From positions 76,297 through 140,296 of the forward strand of contig NIVC01002789.1 of assembly GCA_002269645.1 (NCBI GenBank): 64,000 nt of DNA, read 5' to 3'. The DNA comes from Macrostomum lignano (taxonomy: Eukaryota). The first letter of the stretch is position 1, and every line of letters starts with the position of its first letter. Under the pieces are notes generated by a model. That model worked only from the letters and a program-made list of their open reading frames with translations, made no database searches and was not told where the DNA came from. This document shows positions 14,070 through 27,227 of the stretch, piece after piece. Made by a program: the position numbers and the translations under genes.

Positions 14070-14910
14070 ACGGAAGTCTTTTATCCACCAGACAGGGAAA
14101 CACTAAAGAGATTCCGTATTTCCAAACGCTAAGCCCCCAACAGTCCGGAGTCAAAGCAGACAGCAGAAGCGCATTGCAACCTAAGTAGCAATTTCAACGT
14201 AAAAAACTTTAAAGTGGCTCCGAGGCTGCTTCAAGTGGTCGCCGAATATGGCAGAATTTACAACTGCTTTTAGAAGCGGGCAATTTTTGCACTTAAAAGC
14301 CGGCGGAACTGCTGGGATGGTTTCCTAGAAGCAATTTATCAGAGCACCGGGCAGCCGGGGTCTCCGCGAATCGCAGACAGACGGATAACCAGACGGGACC
14401 TGAGGGTTGCTTGGGCTGTCGGCTTCTTTTGCTGCCAGACAAGACGGAAGCCTCCGTTCGCTTGTAGAGAGGTATTTTCTGTTTTGTTCTGATTCTTCAT
14501 CTTTCTTAGCTTCGGGTTTCATTATCGAGGCGCTGGGGGTGGGCGGGTGATGATGAATGGTCCAGAGAGGCTGCCCAGCTGCCATGCGAAGGCACGAACT
14601 GAGAAATTCAAGCCAGCGCCTCCGGCCCGAATCCTGTGGAGAGATTTTGTTCAATTAGTTTTTTTAAAGTAAGCCAGGGGTTTTCCTTGGCTGCAGGGTG
14701 ACTGGGTGGGGGGACTGTCTGGATTCTGGGGCTGTGAAATTTTTAAAACTAACAGTGCTTTGCGATTTTGATGAAAATTTACAAAAAGCCACAGATGCCT
14801 CTTGCCTTGATAACTGTTTGGTACTGGTAAGTCACGCTTGGGGCAGGACAGGAGAGATGTTCAAGTGGAGGTTATAGAAGGTGAGAATGAGCGGAAGGAT
14901 GGCAGAGGGT

Positions 14911-15061
14911 GAGTGACAGGGTGTGAGAGTGACACAGGGTGAGAGTGACACAGGGTGAGAGTGACACAGGGTGAGAGTGACACAGGGTGAGAGTGACACA
15001 GGGTGAGAGTGACACAGGGTGAGAGTGACACAGGGTGAGAGTGACACAGGGTGAGAGTGAC
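14911..15061. repeat. 16-bp minisatellite (GTGAGAGTGACACAGG)n
   Basis: About 9 units read directly. Confidence 0.93.
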
Positions 15062-15649
15062 GCATGGAGAGGAGTGAGAGGAACGAACTCCTGATAATCA
15101 GACCAGGCAACTCTTAAAAAGAAGAAGTACGCGCCTGTTATACTTGGCGAGTGGCAGAGAGTGAAGAGTGAAGCTGAGCATTGTGAAAAGTGCAGACTTC
15201 GTCACCTATGCTCAAGGACAGGACTGAATGCTTGAACACCTTTGGTCCCATCTGTCTTCTCCACTGTAAAATTTTGTACTTCTGTCTGCTTTTTCATTCG
15301 ATTTTTTAACTCTTGTACGGCTTGCTGCTGCTGCTGCTGCTGCGCACAAGCATATCCTGCAGCAATGAAGCCACCTCAAAGAGTCTGCAGGCAGAAGGCA
15401 ATAAATCCTGCAGCAGCAGCCGTTGAAACAACTATAATTTGCGTTGAACTGTCCAATTTCTGTTGCGTCAAATTTGAAAACGAAATGCATGGTGATGACG
15501 GTGACTCATAAATTGGCAGACTTGTCTGGGGCAGACAGTCAGCAATTGAATTACTGGTAAACTTTCTTGTGCAGACTCGTTATATTGAGTCTGAAGAAGG
15601 CTGGCAAAGTACGAGTACTTCGAGAAGCTATTCTAGAATTGGGGAAGGG

Positions 15650-15771
15650 GAGAGGATGGAAAAGAGAAAAGAGAAAGGATGGGGATGGGGAGAGGAGAGA
15701 AGAGAGAGGAGGGAGGAGATGAGAAAGGAGAGAGGAGAGCTGAGAGAGGAGAGAGGAGAGAAGAGAGAACA

Positions 15772-15854
<83 letters not shown>

Positions 15855-15973
15855 AGAGAAAAGAGAGAAGAGGAGAGAGAGGAGAGTAGAGAGTAGAGTA
15901 GAGATGAGAGATGAGAGATAAGAGATGAGAGAAAAGAGGAGAGAGAGGAGAGAGGAGAGAAGAGAGAACAGAT

Positions 15974-16027
<54 letters not shown>

Positions 16028-16725
16028 AAAAGAGAGAAGAGGAGAGAGAGGAGAGTAGAGAGTAGAGTAGAGATGAGAGATGAGATATAAGAGATGAGAG
16101 AAAAGAGGAGAGAGAGGAGAGAAGAGAGAGAAGAGGAGACAGAAGAGAGAAGAGAAGAGAGAGAAGAGAAGAGAGAGAAGAGAAGAGAGAGAAGAGAAGA
16201 GAGAGGAGAGTAGAGAGAAGAGGAGAGATGAGGGATAAGAGATGAGAGAAAAGAGGAGAGAGAGGAGAGAAGAGAGAAGAGGAGACAGAAGATGGAAGAG
16301 AAGAGAGAGAAGAGGAGAGAGAGGAGAGAAGAGAGGAGAGGAGAGATGAGGGATAAGAGATGAGAAATGGGAGAGTAGAGAGGAGAGGAGAGAAGAGAGA
16401 AGAGGAGAGAGAAGAGAGGAGATAGGAGAGTAGAGAGGAGCGATGAGAGATAAAAGAAAAGAAGAGAGAGAGGAGAGAAGAGAGAGAATAGGAGAGAGAG
16501 TAGAGGAGATGAAATAGTAGAGAGGAGAGGAGAGGAGAGAGGAGAGATGAGATATAAGAGAAAAGATGAGAGGGAGCAGAGAAGAGAGAGGAGAGGAGAG
16601 AAAATAGGAGAGTAGAGAGGAGAGAGGAGAGATGAGAGAGGAGAGAAGGGAGAAAAGAAGAGAGAGAGGAGAGGAGAGATGAGAGATGAGAGATGAGATG
16701 AGAAAGAGAGAGGGGAGAGAGAGGC
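15650..16725. repeat. GA-rich low-complexity repeat with internal duplications
   Basis: Direct reading; includes (GA)n runs. Confidence 0.93.
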
Positions 16726-17280
16726 AGACTCACTGTCTTAACTGTGAGTTTTAACTCACTGTCTCAACAATAAAGTTAAAAGCAGGCAGAAGCCACTATG
16801 GAATATGCTTGGGTGCAAGCCAATTACAGGAGGCGCCAGCATCAACTGTTTCAAAGTGCAGCTCAGCTGCACCGCAAATTTTCTGTCAATCTTGGGCCGC
16901 CCGATTTCAGGAAGACTAAAACAAGCCAAGCCAAGCATCCAAACAACGTGGCGCGAGGTCGCACTCTCGTTGAACCCCTTTTCCCGCTATCTTTAGTGGC
17001 CTACTTTTTCTAAGAAATAGCGGCGGCATTTCTAGGAAACGGAGCTCTGGCTGACGAGCCCGGGACAGTTGCGTCCGAGCCTCTGATGAGCGGCCGGCAA
17101 AATGCGACCCGACCAGACACCCGCATCCTGCCGACTGATGGCTTCTTTATCGCCTCTATGCTGAGCTGTTTGGTGCAAAAGTTCAGATTTTGGGATTTGG
17201 ACTCTTGCTAGCATAGTTTCACTCTCATTGTCACACTTTTGTCACTCTCAGAAGTAATTATTCTCATTTTTGAGCTGCTT

Positions 17281-17365
17281 GTCACTCTGTTTGTCTTTCT
17301 GTCACACTGTTTATCACTCTGTTTGTCACTCTGTTTGTCACTCTGTTTGTCACTCTGTTTGTCAC
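17281..17365. repeat. 12-bp tandem repeat (TCACTCTGTTTG)n
   Basis: Several units read directly. Confidence 0.85.
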
Positions 17366-17887
17366 ACGATCGTCCCTACTCTATTTCATTAGAATTCGCT
17401 AACCTACCAAAGCTTTTCAAACAAAGAAGCAAACAGAAAAGCATAAATAACGCAGGCAGGAAAGACACACAAGCCCTACCTAGCAACAGCTGAAGGCAGA
17501 TAGATACATCCCGGTTATTCCGCTTAAACAAACAGAAAAACCCGGGATTAAGTTCTTGGACTGCCGGATAAAGTCAGACTTAAGGGCGGGGGGCAGCCTT
17601 CCCTCCTCGCATTCTCGCCCTTCCATCTTTCGTCTGTCTTATCTGCCTGCAGGAGGAGAGCGCTAACCCCCCCCCCCCACAGCTTCGACTGCCCGTTTCC
17701 GTCAGCGAGCCAGCCATCAATAAGCCTCGTTTTCAAATGTTGCCGGGCCTGCCGCCCCAGCCCTCGATCTTGGCTCTGCCTGTTATCTTAAGATTCTTTC
17801 GCGATCAAAGCGATTCTCTGGTTTAATGCCTCTTAAGCCTGGTAGGCTGCGGGCTGTTGCGGAGCCAGTGCTGACGTCTTTAAATAC

Positions 17888-18430
17888 GGAGCTGAAGTCT
17901 CTCCTGAAGTCATAAAGTGGGGAGCTGAAATCTCTCCTGAAGTCCTGAGGTGTGGGAGCTGAAGTCTCTCATGAAGTCTCTCCTGAAGTCCTGAGGTGTG
18001 GGAGCTGAAGTCTCTCCTGAAGTCCTGATGTGTGGAAGCCGAAGTCTCTCCTGAAGTCCTGAGGTGTGGGAGCCGAAGTCTCTCCTAAAGTCCTGAGGTG
18101 GTGAGCTGAAGTCTCTCTTGAAGCCCGCAAGTGGGGAGCTGAAGTCTCTCCTGAAGCCCGCAAGTGGGAGCTGAAGTTTCTCCTGAAGTCTTGAGGTGGG
18201 GAGCTGAAATCTCTCCTGAAGTCCTGAAGTGTGGAAGCTGAAGTCTCTCCTAAAGTCCTGAGGTGGTGAGCTGAAGTCTCTCCTGAAGCCCGCAAGTGGG
18301 GAGCTGAAGTCTCTCCTGAAGTCCTGAGGTGTGGGAGCTGAAATCTCTCAAAAATTCTGAAGTGGCTTACTGAAGTCTCTCCTGAAGTCATGAAGTGGGT
18401 TACTGAAATCTCTCCTGAAGTACTGAAGTG
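17888..18430. repeat. About 35-bp minisatellite (GGAGCTGAAGTCTCTCCTGAAGTCCTGAGGTGTG-like)
   Basis: About 15 diverged units. Confidence 0.9.
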
Positions 18431-19128
18431 GGTCGCTAAAGTTTCTCTAATAAAGTCCCTGAAGCACTACTGCAGTTTTAAAGTACTCATACAATATCCA
18501 AGCACCACTGGAATGTCTAGTAGTCCTTGACAGCATCCTAAATAAATCCGGTTAATTCAGCCGCACTCGATGTAAATATGATTTGAATAAGTTTTCGATA
18601 CATATCGGCAGCAGGGCGCCAGTCCTTTAGTTGCAGAAGTCGGGCATTCGGTGGTACGCATACATAAAGCTGAAAAACCGCTAATCAGGACATCCAGCCA
18701 AGGTTTTGAACATTGCAGGGAGATGTGGAGCATCGATAAGGACCGGCACGCACTCAATACACTGCCACGATGGCGGAACTGTTAAAGCAGCAGGCGATGA
18801 AGCAAGGAGGGCAAAGAGAACAGAAGTCGCGGTTTCATTCCATTTCATACTAATGAAAGTTGACTGGCCGAATTTCTGCTTCGGCTGCCCGGCTCTGCTT
18901 TTAACAATCGGATTATTTGCCAAATACCAAACGCTGTGCCGCTCCTGCAATGTCCCGCAGCTGTGGAAGAGCCGCCTTGGCGACAAGGGGATTGTTGCGA
19001 TTGGAGCAATAAAACTCCACTGATTTTCTGCGCCCAGCAACTGATTCAATAAGGTGTTCCATCGATTGAGGACCGTGCTAGGAAATGTGCTTGGTCTGCT
19101 GATTGGCGATGATTGGCGATTCCTCTGC

Positions 19129-19129
19129 G

Positions 19130-19187
<58 letters not shown>

Positions 19188-19188
19188 C

Positions 19189-19254
<66 letters not shown>

Positions 19255-19345
19255 TTAGATAGATAGATAGATATATATAGATAGACACATAGATAGACAC
19301 ATAGCCAGACACATAGATAGACAGACGGACATAGATAGGCAGAGA
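19129..19345. repeat. (GATA)n microsatellite decaying into GACA variants
   Basis: Direct reading. Confidence 0.95.
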
Positions 19346-19744
19346 GACAAGATTTTTAGGCGCAGACACAGCACAAACACGGATATGCAGGCTGAGATTT
19401 TCGCCCATAAAACAGGTGAAGCGCAACTTTTGTCCAAATATTAAATTGGCATTTATTGCTCAAGGCACCCCAGAATCGGCCTGCATATCAGGGCGGCAGC
19501 GCCCTAACAAGCTGATTTCAGGCTGAATTCAAGGATATTTTTTATCGATCAGCACCGCCTGATTACGAGCGCATAATTTATCAGCTCAGCTGTGCTAAAA
19601 TCCAGCGGAAACGCTTCAATTTACGACTTCTGATAGCTGAATAACAGCAGTCTTTCGAAACGGCTGGCAATTCCCGAACGTCTGCGGTCGGGAACCTGGT
19701 TGGAACTGGATACCGAAGTCTTGGACAATGCATGGCGTCTGTAA

Positions 19745-20210
19745 CATGGCGATCTGCTGTCTGTCCATCTTACCTTACATCTAGCTACAACATGTATCTA
19801 ACTACCTATGTCTATGTCTGTCCATCTACCTGCCTATCTTCCTACCCATCTGCATTTCTATCCACCTATCTTACCTGCCTACCTATCTACCTGCGTACCT
19901 TGTACCTATCTGCCTATCTACCAATTCCTACCTATCTGCCTATGTACCAATTCCTACCTATCTGCCTATCTACCAATTCCTACCTATCTGCCTATCTACC
20001 AATTCCTACCTATCTGCCTATCTACCTTTCTACCTATCTACCTGTCTGCATTCCTACCTATCTGCCTATTTATCTACCTGTCTATCCACCTACCTATCTG
20101 CCTATTTATCTACCTGTCTATCCACCTACCTATCTTACCTGGCTATCTATCTACCTGCCTATCTATCTACCTTCCTACCTATCTGCTTATCTATCTACCT
20201 GTCTACCTAG
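19745..20210. repeat. (CTAC/CTAT)n degenerate repeat, interrupted by a SINE and resuming near 20580
   Basis: Direct reading. Confidence 0.88.
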
Positions 20211-20566
20211 TTTTTATTAGAGACAGGGATGCTCTGTGCACCCTGGCGCACTTTAAGCGACATTGTCGCACAACCGGCGAGAGGCATTACTGCCGATTCC
20301 GCCGACTCCCCTGAGCAGGCACACAAGCGCGCGGATGCGTACGCAGGCACACACTCACACAGGAGTGTACAGCGGCCCTAACTTTATTTATCGCTAGGCA
20401 TGTACACTTCACTGCGCCTTGGGGGTGGGCCTTCAAGGGCGCTAATTGCACGAGCAGAGCCAAGCCGAGATTCCAATTTAGCCTCAGATTAATGTGACTG
20501 CACTCGGAATCGAGCCTGGGACCGCTGGCATATCAGAGCGCCGCGCTAGACCGCTAGACTACGGCC
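20211..20566 (-). mobile_element. tRNA-derived SINE, copy 1
   Basis: Minus-strand head GGCCGTAGTCTAGCGG (A box)...GGCTCGATTCC (B box), A-rich tail; aligns over its full length with the copy at 34171-34535. Confidence 0.85.
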
Positions 20567-21544
20567 TACGACTCTCCCCTATTGGCCTGCCTATCTACAT
20601 GTACTTAACTCTAACTCTGCCTATCTACTCTACCTATCTAGCATAAACTATCTATCAAATGTCTATTCCCACCTGCTAAAGCTACTTAAGAAGCTGGCCT
20701 GCACTGGCAATGCAGTTTATGATACACCTCTACCAGCGGATTGAAACTCCATCAAGGATAATGGAGATTGTCTGCTGTGCACAAAAAAGCAGAAACTCCC
20801 CGAGGCCACACGCAGCGCAGGATCCTGACGAATCCGCATCCCCACCTTCAGGTTTCAGTTGCCAAGGGGAGCGGGCGGATCGATCAAGACTTCAAGTGCG
20901 CTCTTCTAAAAGCAGAAAAGACCAAACGGCAGCTTCTGCGTTTAATCACAAGAGAGAGTTCGCCCAGGTGGCTTGCATTACCCCGGCGAAGAGGCACTGA
21001 CTTACCTGCCCCACTTCACTGGCGAACAGTAGAATTTTCGCCGCACTGCCCAACTACTTAAAGTAGCAACAGAATAAAATGAGGAGATTTCTGAAGCTCA
21101 GCAAAGAAATTTTAATTCTACGTTTTTACAAACGAATATTAACGAAAAACACTGGTCGATATACTGTGGATCTGTCGAAACAAATTGAAATTTATTAAAG
21201 TTATTCAACAGCAAAGCGCAATTTAATGTATAGAAATTGAATAAAACTATTAAGTAACATTATAAGCAGCATTTTTAACGCAAGCTTACAGCACAGCATA
21301 AGCAAATTTTAAGTGCAAAAGGACAGAGATTGAACAAAGACCTGCGCAACTTTCAAAGTCGAGCATAATTAGATAACTAAGAGCATATAAAAAATCAAAA
21401 TAGCATCTAAATTACAGTAAGACAGACAAACAATTTCTAGAGGAACTTTTGGCTGAAAAAGAAGTCAATAGTCGACATTGAAAATACAGAATCTGTCCGG
21501 ATTAAAGTGTCCTACGGAGAGACTGGACTCTTGACCGATAAATA

Positions 21545-22258
21545 ATGACCTTGACCCACTTGCGATCAGCTGTACTCACTAATTGTAGCCTTGACCAAGT
21601 AAGATCTTGACCTAATTCTGACCGTGACCTACTAGTTCTGACCTTGACCTTACTTTGACCTTTACCTTCTAATTATGACCTTGACGTACAAATTATGACC
21701 TTGACCTACTAATTATGACCTTGACCTACAAATTATGACCTTGACCTACAAATTATGACCTTGACGCACTAGTTATGACCTTGACCTACTTACTATGACC
21801 TTTACCTACTAATTATGACCTTGACGTACAAATTATGACCTTGACGTACAAATTATGACCTTGACGCACTAGTTATGACCTTGACCTACTTACTATGACC
21901 CTGATTTAGTTATAATGACCTTGACCTACTAATAATGACTTTGACCTACTAATTTAGAATTTGACCTACTAATTATGACCTTGATCTAATTTTTATGACT
22001 TTGAGTTACTAATTTCGACTCTGATCTACTTATTGTGACCTCGGCTCACTTGAAACAAACAATACCTAATTAACCATGTTCATGGAAAAAATTACTACAA
22101 ATTTGACCCACTAGTTATGACCCTGACCCATTAACACAGTAATAATGTGACCCCACTGAAAATGACCTTGACCCACTAGTTAGGACCCTGACCCATTAAC
22201 ACAGTAATAATGCGACCCCACTGAAAATGACCTTGACCCACTAGTTAGGACCCTGACC
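21545..22258. repeat. 20-bp (AATTATGACCTTGACCTACT-like) array plus 65-bp duplication; 16 copies of TGACCTTGA
   Basis: Counted directly; lies just 3' of the CCHCR1-like stop codon. Confidence 0.92.
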
Positions 22259-22277
22259 AGCTTGCGCCAGCGCAGGC

Positions 22278-25200
22278 TCAGCCGGAGTTGGCCAGCATTT
22301 GTCTCAAGTCGCGAACAGCGGCATGCAGTCGCGGGTCCTCGGACTCCTCGATGGCGGACCCGCCGACGGGCATCGCCGAGTGCGGGCGCGCTGCCCGCTG
22401 CTGCTGCTTCTCTGAGGCGGCCGCCGCCGCCGCGGCCTGCAGGAGGTTCCGCTCGCCCTCCACCAGGCGCAGCCGATCCCGCAGTCGCTCCGTGGCCAGC
22501 TGAAAGTCTTCAACAGCCTGACGGCCTTGAGCCTCGGCGGCCTCGCGTTCCCGCTGCAGCCGGCGCTCCGACTGGGCCAGCGCGGCCGCCAGCTTCGCCT
22601 GCTCGCGCGCCGACGCGTCCAGCGCGTCCGCGTGGCGCCCGGCTTCGAGGCGGCGCGCCTGGCGCTCCGAGTCCAGCGCTGATCGAGTTTCGGACAGGGC
22701 GGCGCGAAGCTCGGACACCGAGGAGAGTTCGGACAGCTGCGAGCGGGTGAGATTGATGGACTGGGGTGAGATTGGTGGACTGGGGTGAAATTGACGATCT
22801 GGGGTGAGATTGATGGACTGGGGTGAGATTGGTGGACTGGGGTGAAATTGACGATCTGGGGTGAGATTGATGGACTGGGGGAGATCGATGGACTTGGGTG
22901 AGATGGATGGACTGGGGTGAGATTAATGGAGTGGGGGAAATTGATGAAGTGGGATGAGATTGATGGACTGGGATGAGATTGATGGAGTGGGATGAGATTG
23001 ATGGAGTGGGGGTGAGATCGATGGACTGGGGGAGATTGATGGACTGGAGTGAGATTGATAAACTAGGGTGAGATTGATGGACTGGGATGAGATTGATGGA
23101 CTGGGATGAGATTGATGGAGTGGGATGAGATTGATGGACTGGGATGAGATTGAAAGAGTGGGATGAGATTGATGGACTGGGATGAGATTGATGGAGTGGG
23201 ATGAGATTGATGGAGTGGGGGTGAGATCGATGGACTGGAGTGAGATTGATGGACTGGAGTGAGATTGATAAACTAGGGTGAGATTGATGGACTGGGATGA
23301 GATTGATGGACTGGGATGAGATTGATGGAGTGGGATGAGATTGATGGACTGGGATGAGATTGAAAGAGTGGGATGAGATTGATGGAGTGGGGTGAGATTG
23401 ACAATTCAGGAGTGAGATTAACCAAGTGGGTAAGATTGAGACTATTAAATCAGACAGTAAAACATGCCGCCTCTGCACCTTCTCGGACGCAGCCAGCTGG
23501 TCGGTGGTGTCGGCCAGGCGGCCGAGGCGCCCCTCCATGTCGGTCAGGCGCTCCATCCACAGCCCGGCCGCAGATTCGAAGGCTGCCCTGGCCGATTCAA
23601 CAGCCTCGGCCGCTTCGCTCGCCTCTCGCGCCCGACGCTCTGCCAGACGCCGGGCGTCCGACTGAAGCCGCTCCGCCAGCCGGTCCGCAGCGGCCAGCTT
23701 GCGCTCGGCGGCCGCAGCGCGCGCCTCCGCCTCGTCTAGGCGGCGGCGAAGATCGGAAACTGCGGCCTCGGCTTCGGCCTCCTACAGGGGTGGGGATTGG
23801 GACTCTCAGTGACCTTTGAGTGTGCCTGAGTGTCCATGTCTGCCTGCCTGTCTGTCTGCCTGTCTACCCCACCTACCGTCTGTTTCAGCTGCCTGTCTGC
23901 CCCACCTAACATCTGTCTCAGCTGCCTGTCTGCCCCACCTACCATCTGTCTCAGCTGCCTGTCTGCCCCACCTACCATCTGTCTCAGCTGTCTGTCTGCC
24001 CCACCTACCGTCTGTCTCAGCTGCCTGTCTGCTCCACCTACCGTCTGTCTCAGCTGCCTGTCTGCCCCACCTACCGTCTGTCTCAGCTGTCTGTTTGCCC
24101 TACCTACCGTCTGTCTCAGCTGCCTGTCTGCTCCACCTACCGTCTGTCTGCTCCACCTAACGTCTGTCTCAGCTGTTTGTCTGCCCACCTACCATCTGTC
24201 TCAGCTGCCTGTCTGCTCCACCTACCGTCTGTCTCAGCTGTCTGTCTGCCCTACCTACCGTCTGTCTCAGCTGCCTGTCTGCCCTACCTACCGTCTGTCT
24301 AAGCTGCCTGTCTGCCCCACTTACCATCTGTCTCAGCTGTCTGTCTGCTCCACCTACCGTCTGTCTCAGCTGTTTGTCTGCCCACCTACCATCTGTCTCA
24401 GCTGCCTGTCTGCTCCTCCTACCGTCTGTCTCAGCTGTCTGTCTGCTCCACCTACCGTCTGTCTCAGCTGTCTGTCTGCCCTACCTACCGTCTGTCTCAG
24501 CTGCCTGTCTGCCCTACCTACCGTCTGTCTCAGCTGCCTGTCTGCCCTACCTACCGTCTGTCTAAGCTGCCTGTCTGCCCCACTTACCGTCTGTCTCAGC
24601 TGTCTGTCGTGCGCCCAGCGCTCAGCCTCGGCCTGCACCAGCGCCTTGTACAGCCGGGGCCTCCAGGCCGCAGCCTCGCCGCCAGCGCTGGGCTCGGCAA
24701 GCAGCTCGGACTGCAGGGCCAGCCGGCGTTCCCGAAGCTCAGCGTCGGCTCGAAGGCGTTCGTTTTCAGCCTCAAGCTGGGCGGCTCTGGTGGCCAGGGC
24801 GTCGCGACTGTCATCCCAGTCCTGCATTGTAAAGCAGTCTAGGTTGTGAGAAACAACTCGAGAATCGAATAGATCTACATGTGTCTATAGATGCCTGTCA
24901 TTGATCTACATCTCTGTGTCTGTAGATGCCTGTCATTGATCTACATCTCTGTGTCTGTAGATATACATGTGTCTATAGATGCCTGTCATTGATCTACATC
25001 TCTGTGTCTGTAGATATACATGTGTCTATAGATGCCTGTCATTGATCTACATCTCTGTGTCTGTAGATGCCTGTCATTGATCTACATCTCTGTGTCTGTA
25101 GATATACATGTGTCTATAGATGCCTGTCATTGATCTACATCTCTGTGTCTGTAGATATACATGTGTCTATAGATGCCTGTCATTGATCTACATCTCTGTG

Positions 25201-26504
25201 TCTGTAGATGCCTGTCATTGATCTACATCTCTGTGTCTGTAGATATACATGTGTCTATAGATGCCTGTCATTGATCTACATCTCTGTGTCTGTAGATATA
25301 CATGTGTCTATAGATGCCTGTCATTGATCTACATCTCTGTGTCTGTAGATATACATGTGTCTATAGATGCCTGTCATTGATCTACATCTCTGTGTCTGTA
25401 GATATACATGTGTCTATAGATGCCTGTCATTGATCTACATCTCTGTGTCTGTAGATATACATGTGTCTATAGATGCCTGTCATTGATATACATCTCTGTG
25501 TCTGTAGATATACATGTGTCTATAGATGCCTGTCATTGATATACATCTCTGTGTCTGTAGATCTACATGTGTCTATAGATGCCTGTCATAGATCTACATC
25601 TGTGTCTGTAGATGTACATGTATCTATAGATACCTGTAATTGATCTACAAGCGTCAATAAAGACGTGGTATAGATCTACATGTGTCCATAGATGCCTGCT
25701 GTACATCCACATGTGTCTATAGATTCCTACTGTAGATCAAAATCTGTCTCTGTAGACGTCGGCTATAGACGTACAAGTGTTCATAAATGCTTGCCATTGA
25801 TCTACAAGCGTCTATAGAAAAGTGTTATAGATCTCTACAAGTGTCTATAGATGCCTGCTGTAGATCTACACGTGTCTATAGATACCTAGAGATATCTGGA
25901 GATCCACGAGTCTATAGAGACCTGTGTAACCACGATGCCCTATAGATTTAAGCTTCTGTTTACACATGTCTATAGAAAAACCCGCTGCAGATCTACAGGC
26001 GCCTATAGATTCCTGATTTTCTACCGCTCAAAACATGTGCCTACAGATGTCTGCTCAATATCTACAGACACTAATACTCAAAAGATTTGTCTGTACAGCA
26101 ACAGGCGCTCGGCTCACCCGCGGCGTTGGCTCAGCCAGCTCCATCCGCTGCTGCCTCTCCTGATCCAGCAGGCTCTGCGTCTCCAGCTGCTGCCGCCGCA
26201 GCCGCTCCAACTCTCGACGCTGCCGGGCGAGGTCGCGCTCCAGCTGCCGGCAGGAGCGGCACGGAGCCGCCGCAGGAGGGGCGTCGGCAGGGACAAACCG
26301 AACCGAGTGCGGCGCCGCAGCGGCAGCCGACGGCAGGAAGGCATCCGGAGGCAGCAGGAGGCTGTCATCCAGCGAGGAGGCAACATCGGTGGTGGCAAAG
26401 CTGGTTGCCATGGGCAACTGCGGTGCGGACTGAGACTCGGGATCGCAATAGTAGTAATTATTATTATTTTGGTTAGTTCGCTGTCTGTCTAAGAAAGCGG
26501 CCAT
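22278..26504 (-). CDS. CCHCR1: Coiled-coil protein, probable CCHCR1/HCR homologue, about 460 aa; exons 26504-26118, 24821-24588, 23781-23479, 22736-22278 (all phase 0)
   Basis: Four GC-rich exons join in frame with GT-AG borders (CGG|GTGAGC, TGCAG|GAC, ACG|GTAAGT, TGTAG|GAG, AAG|GTGCAG, CGCAG|CTG). Motifs WRPRLYKALVQ, AREQAKLAAALAQSERR and RLRLVEGERNLL resemble recalled CCHCR1 segments WREKVFALMVQ, EHAKAVVSLRQIQRR and RLQELERDKNLM. Gene model confidence is higher than confidence in the name. Confidence 0.7.
22745..23400. repeat. 19/20-bp minisatellite (GAGATTGATGGACTGGGAT)n filling intron 3
   Basis: Direct reading. Confidence 0.93.
23845..24607 (-). repeat. 33-bp minisatellite filling intron 2; unit = end of exon 2 plus the donor site
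   Basis: Minus-strand unit CAGACAGACAGCTGAGACAGACG|GTAGGTGGGG, about 22 copies. Confidence 0.93.
24875..25640. repeat. 35/53-bp composite minisatellite filling intron 1, decaying to about 26050
   Basis: Units AGATGCCTGTCATTGATCTACATCTCTGTGTCTGT with or without AGATATACATGTGTCTAT. Confidence 0.92.
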
Positions 26505-26859
26505 TGTGGGGATGCTCTGGTCTCTCTGAAAGCGAGTTCAATATTTCATCTATTAATTCTTAAAACGAAAAAAATCGGTACAAATGAAAAAATGTAAAAA
26601 AAAGAGTATAACAATGAAAACTATCCTGGCGCAAAAATCGACTTTCATATGATTATTCCTTCGTTATTAATTACATTTTAAAACGCTTGGATTGGAAAAA
26701 TGCATCATTATAGATCTAGTATAAAACCAGGAAGATACCGTAGAAGTGAGAGGGGAGGCTTCAATAGAAGAGAGGGCAGGGAGTGAAGTATAGAGCAGAG
26801 GTGAGAAAGCCCAGTCAGAATTTAGACAGGTTAAAAACCACAAGTCCTCAGACAGGACA

Positions 26860-26889
26860 CAGTCAGACGACAGACAAAGACAGACAGAC

Positions 26890-26928
<39 letters not shown>

Positions 26929-26959
26929 TATAGATGGACAGACAAACAGACAGACAAGC

Positions 26960-27000
<41 letters not shown>

Positions 27001-27031
27001 TATAGATGGACAGACAAACAGACAGACAAGC

Positions 27032-27071
<40 letters not shown>

Positions 27072-27200
27072 GACAGGCAGACAGACAGACAGACAGGCAG
27101 ACAGACAGACAGACAGACAGACAGACAGGCAGGCAGACAGACAGACATACAGACAGGCAGGCAGGCAGGCAGACAGGCAGACAGGCAGACAGACAGGCAA
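26860..27200. repeat. (GACA)n microsatellite in the MRM1-CCHCR1-like spacer
   Basis: Direct reading. Confidence 0.95.
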
Positions 27201-27227
27201 AGCGCAAAACTCCGCAGTCCGGAGGCC

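Noticed and set aside
17035-17130. CTGACGAG and CTGATGAG motifs near GAAAC as a hammerhead ribozyme
   Set aside because: The core order and stems I-III cannot be assembled.
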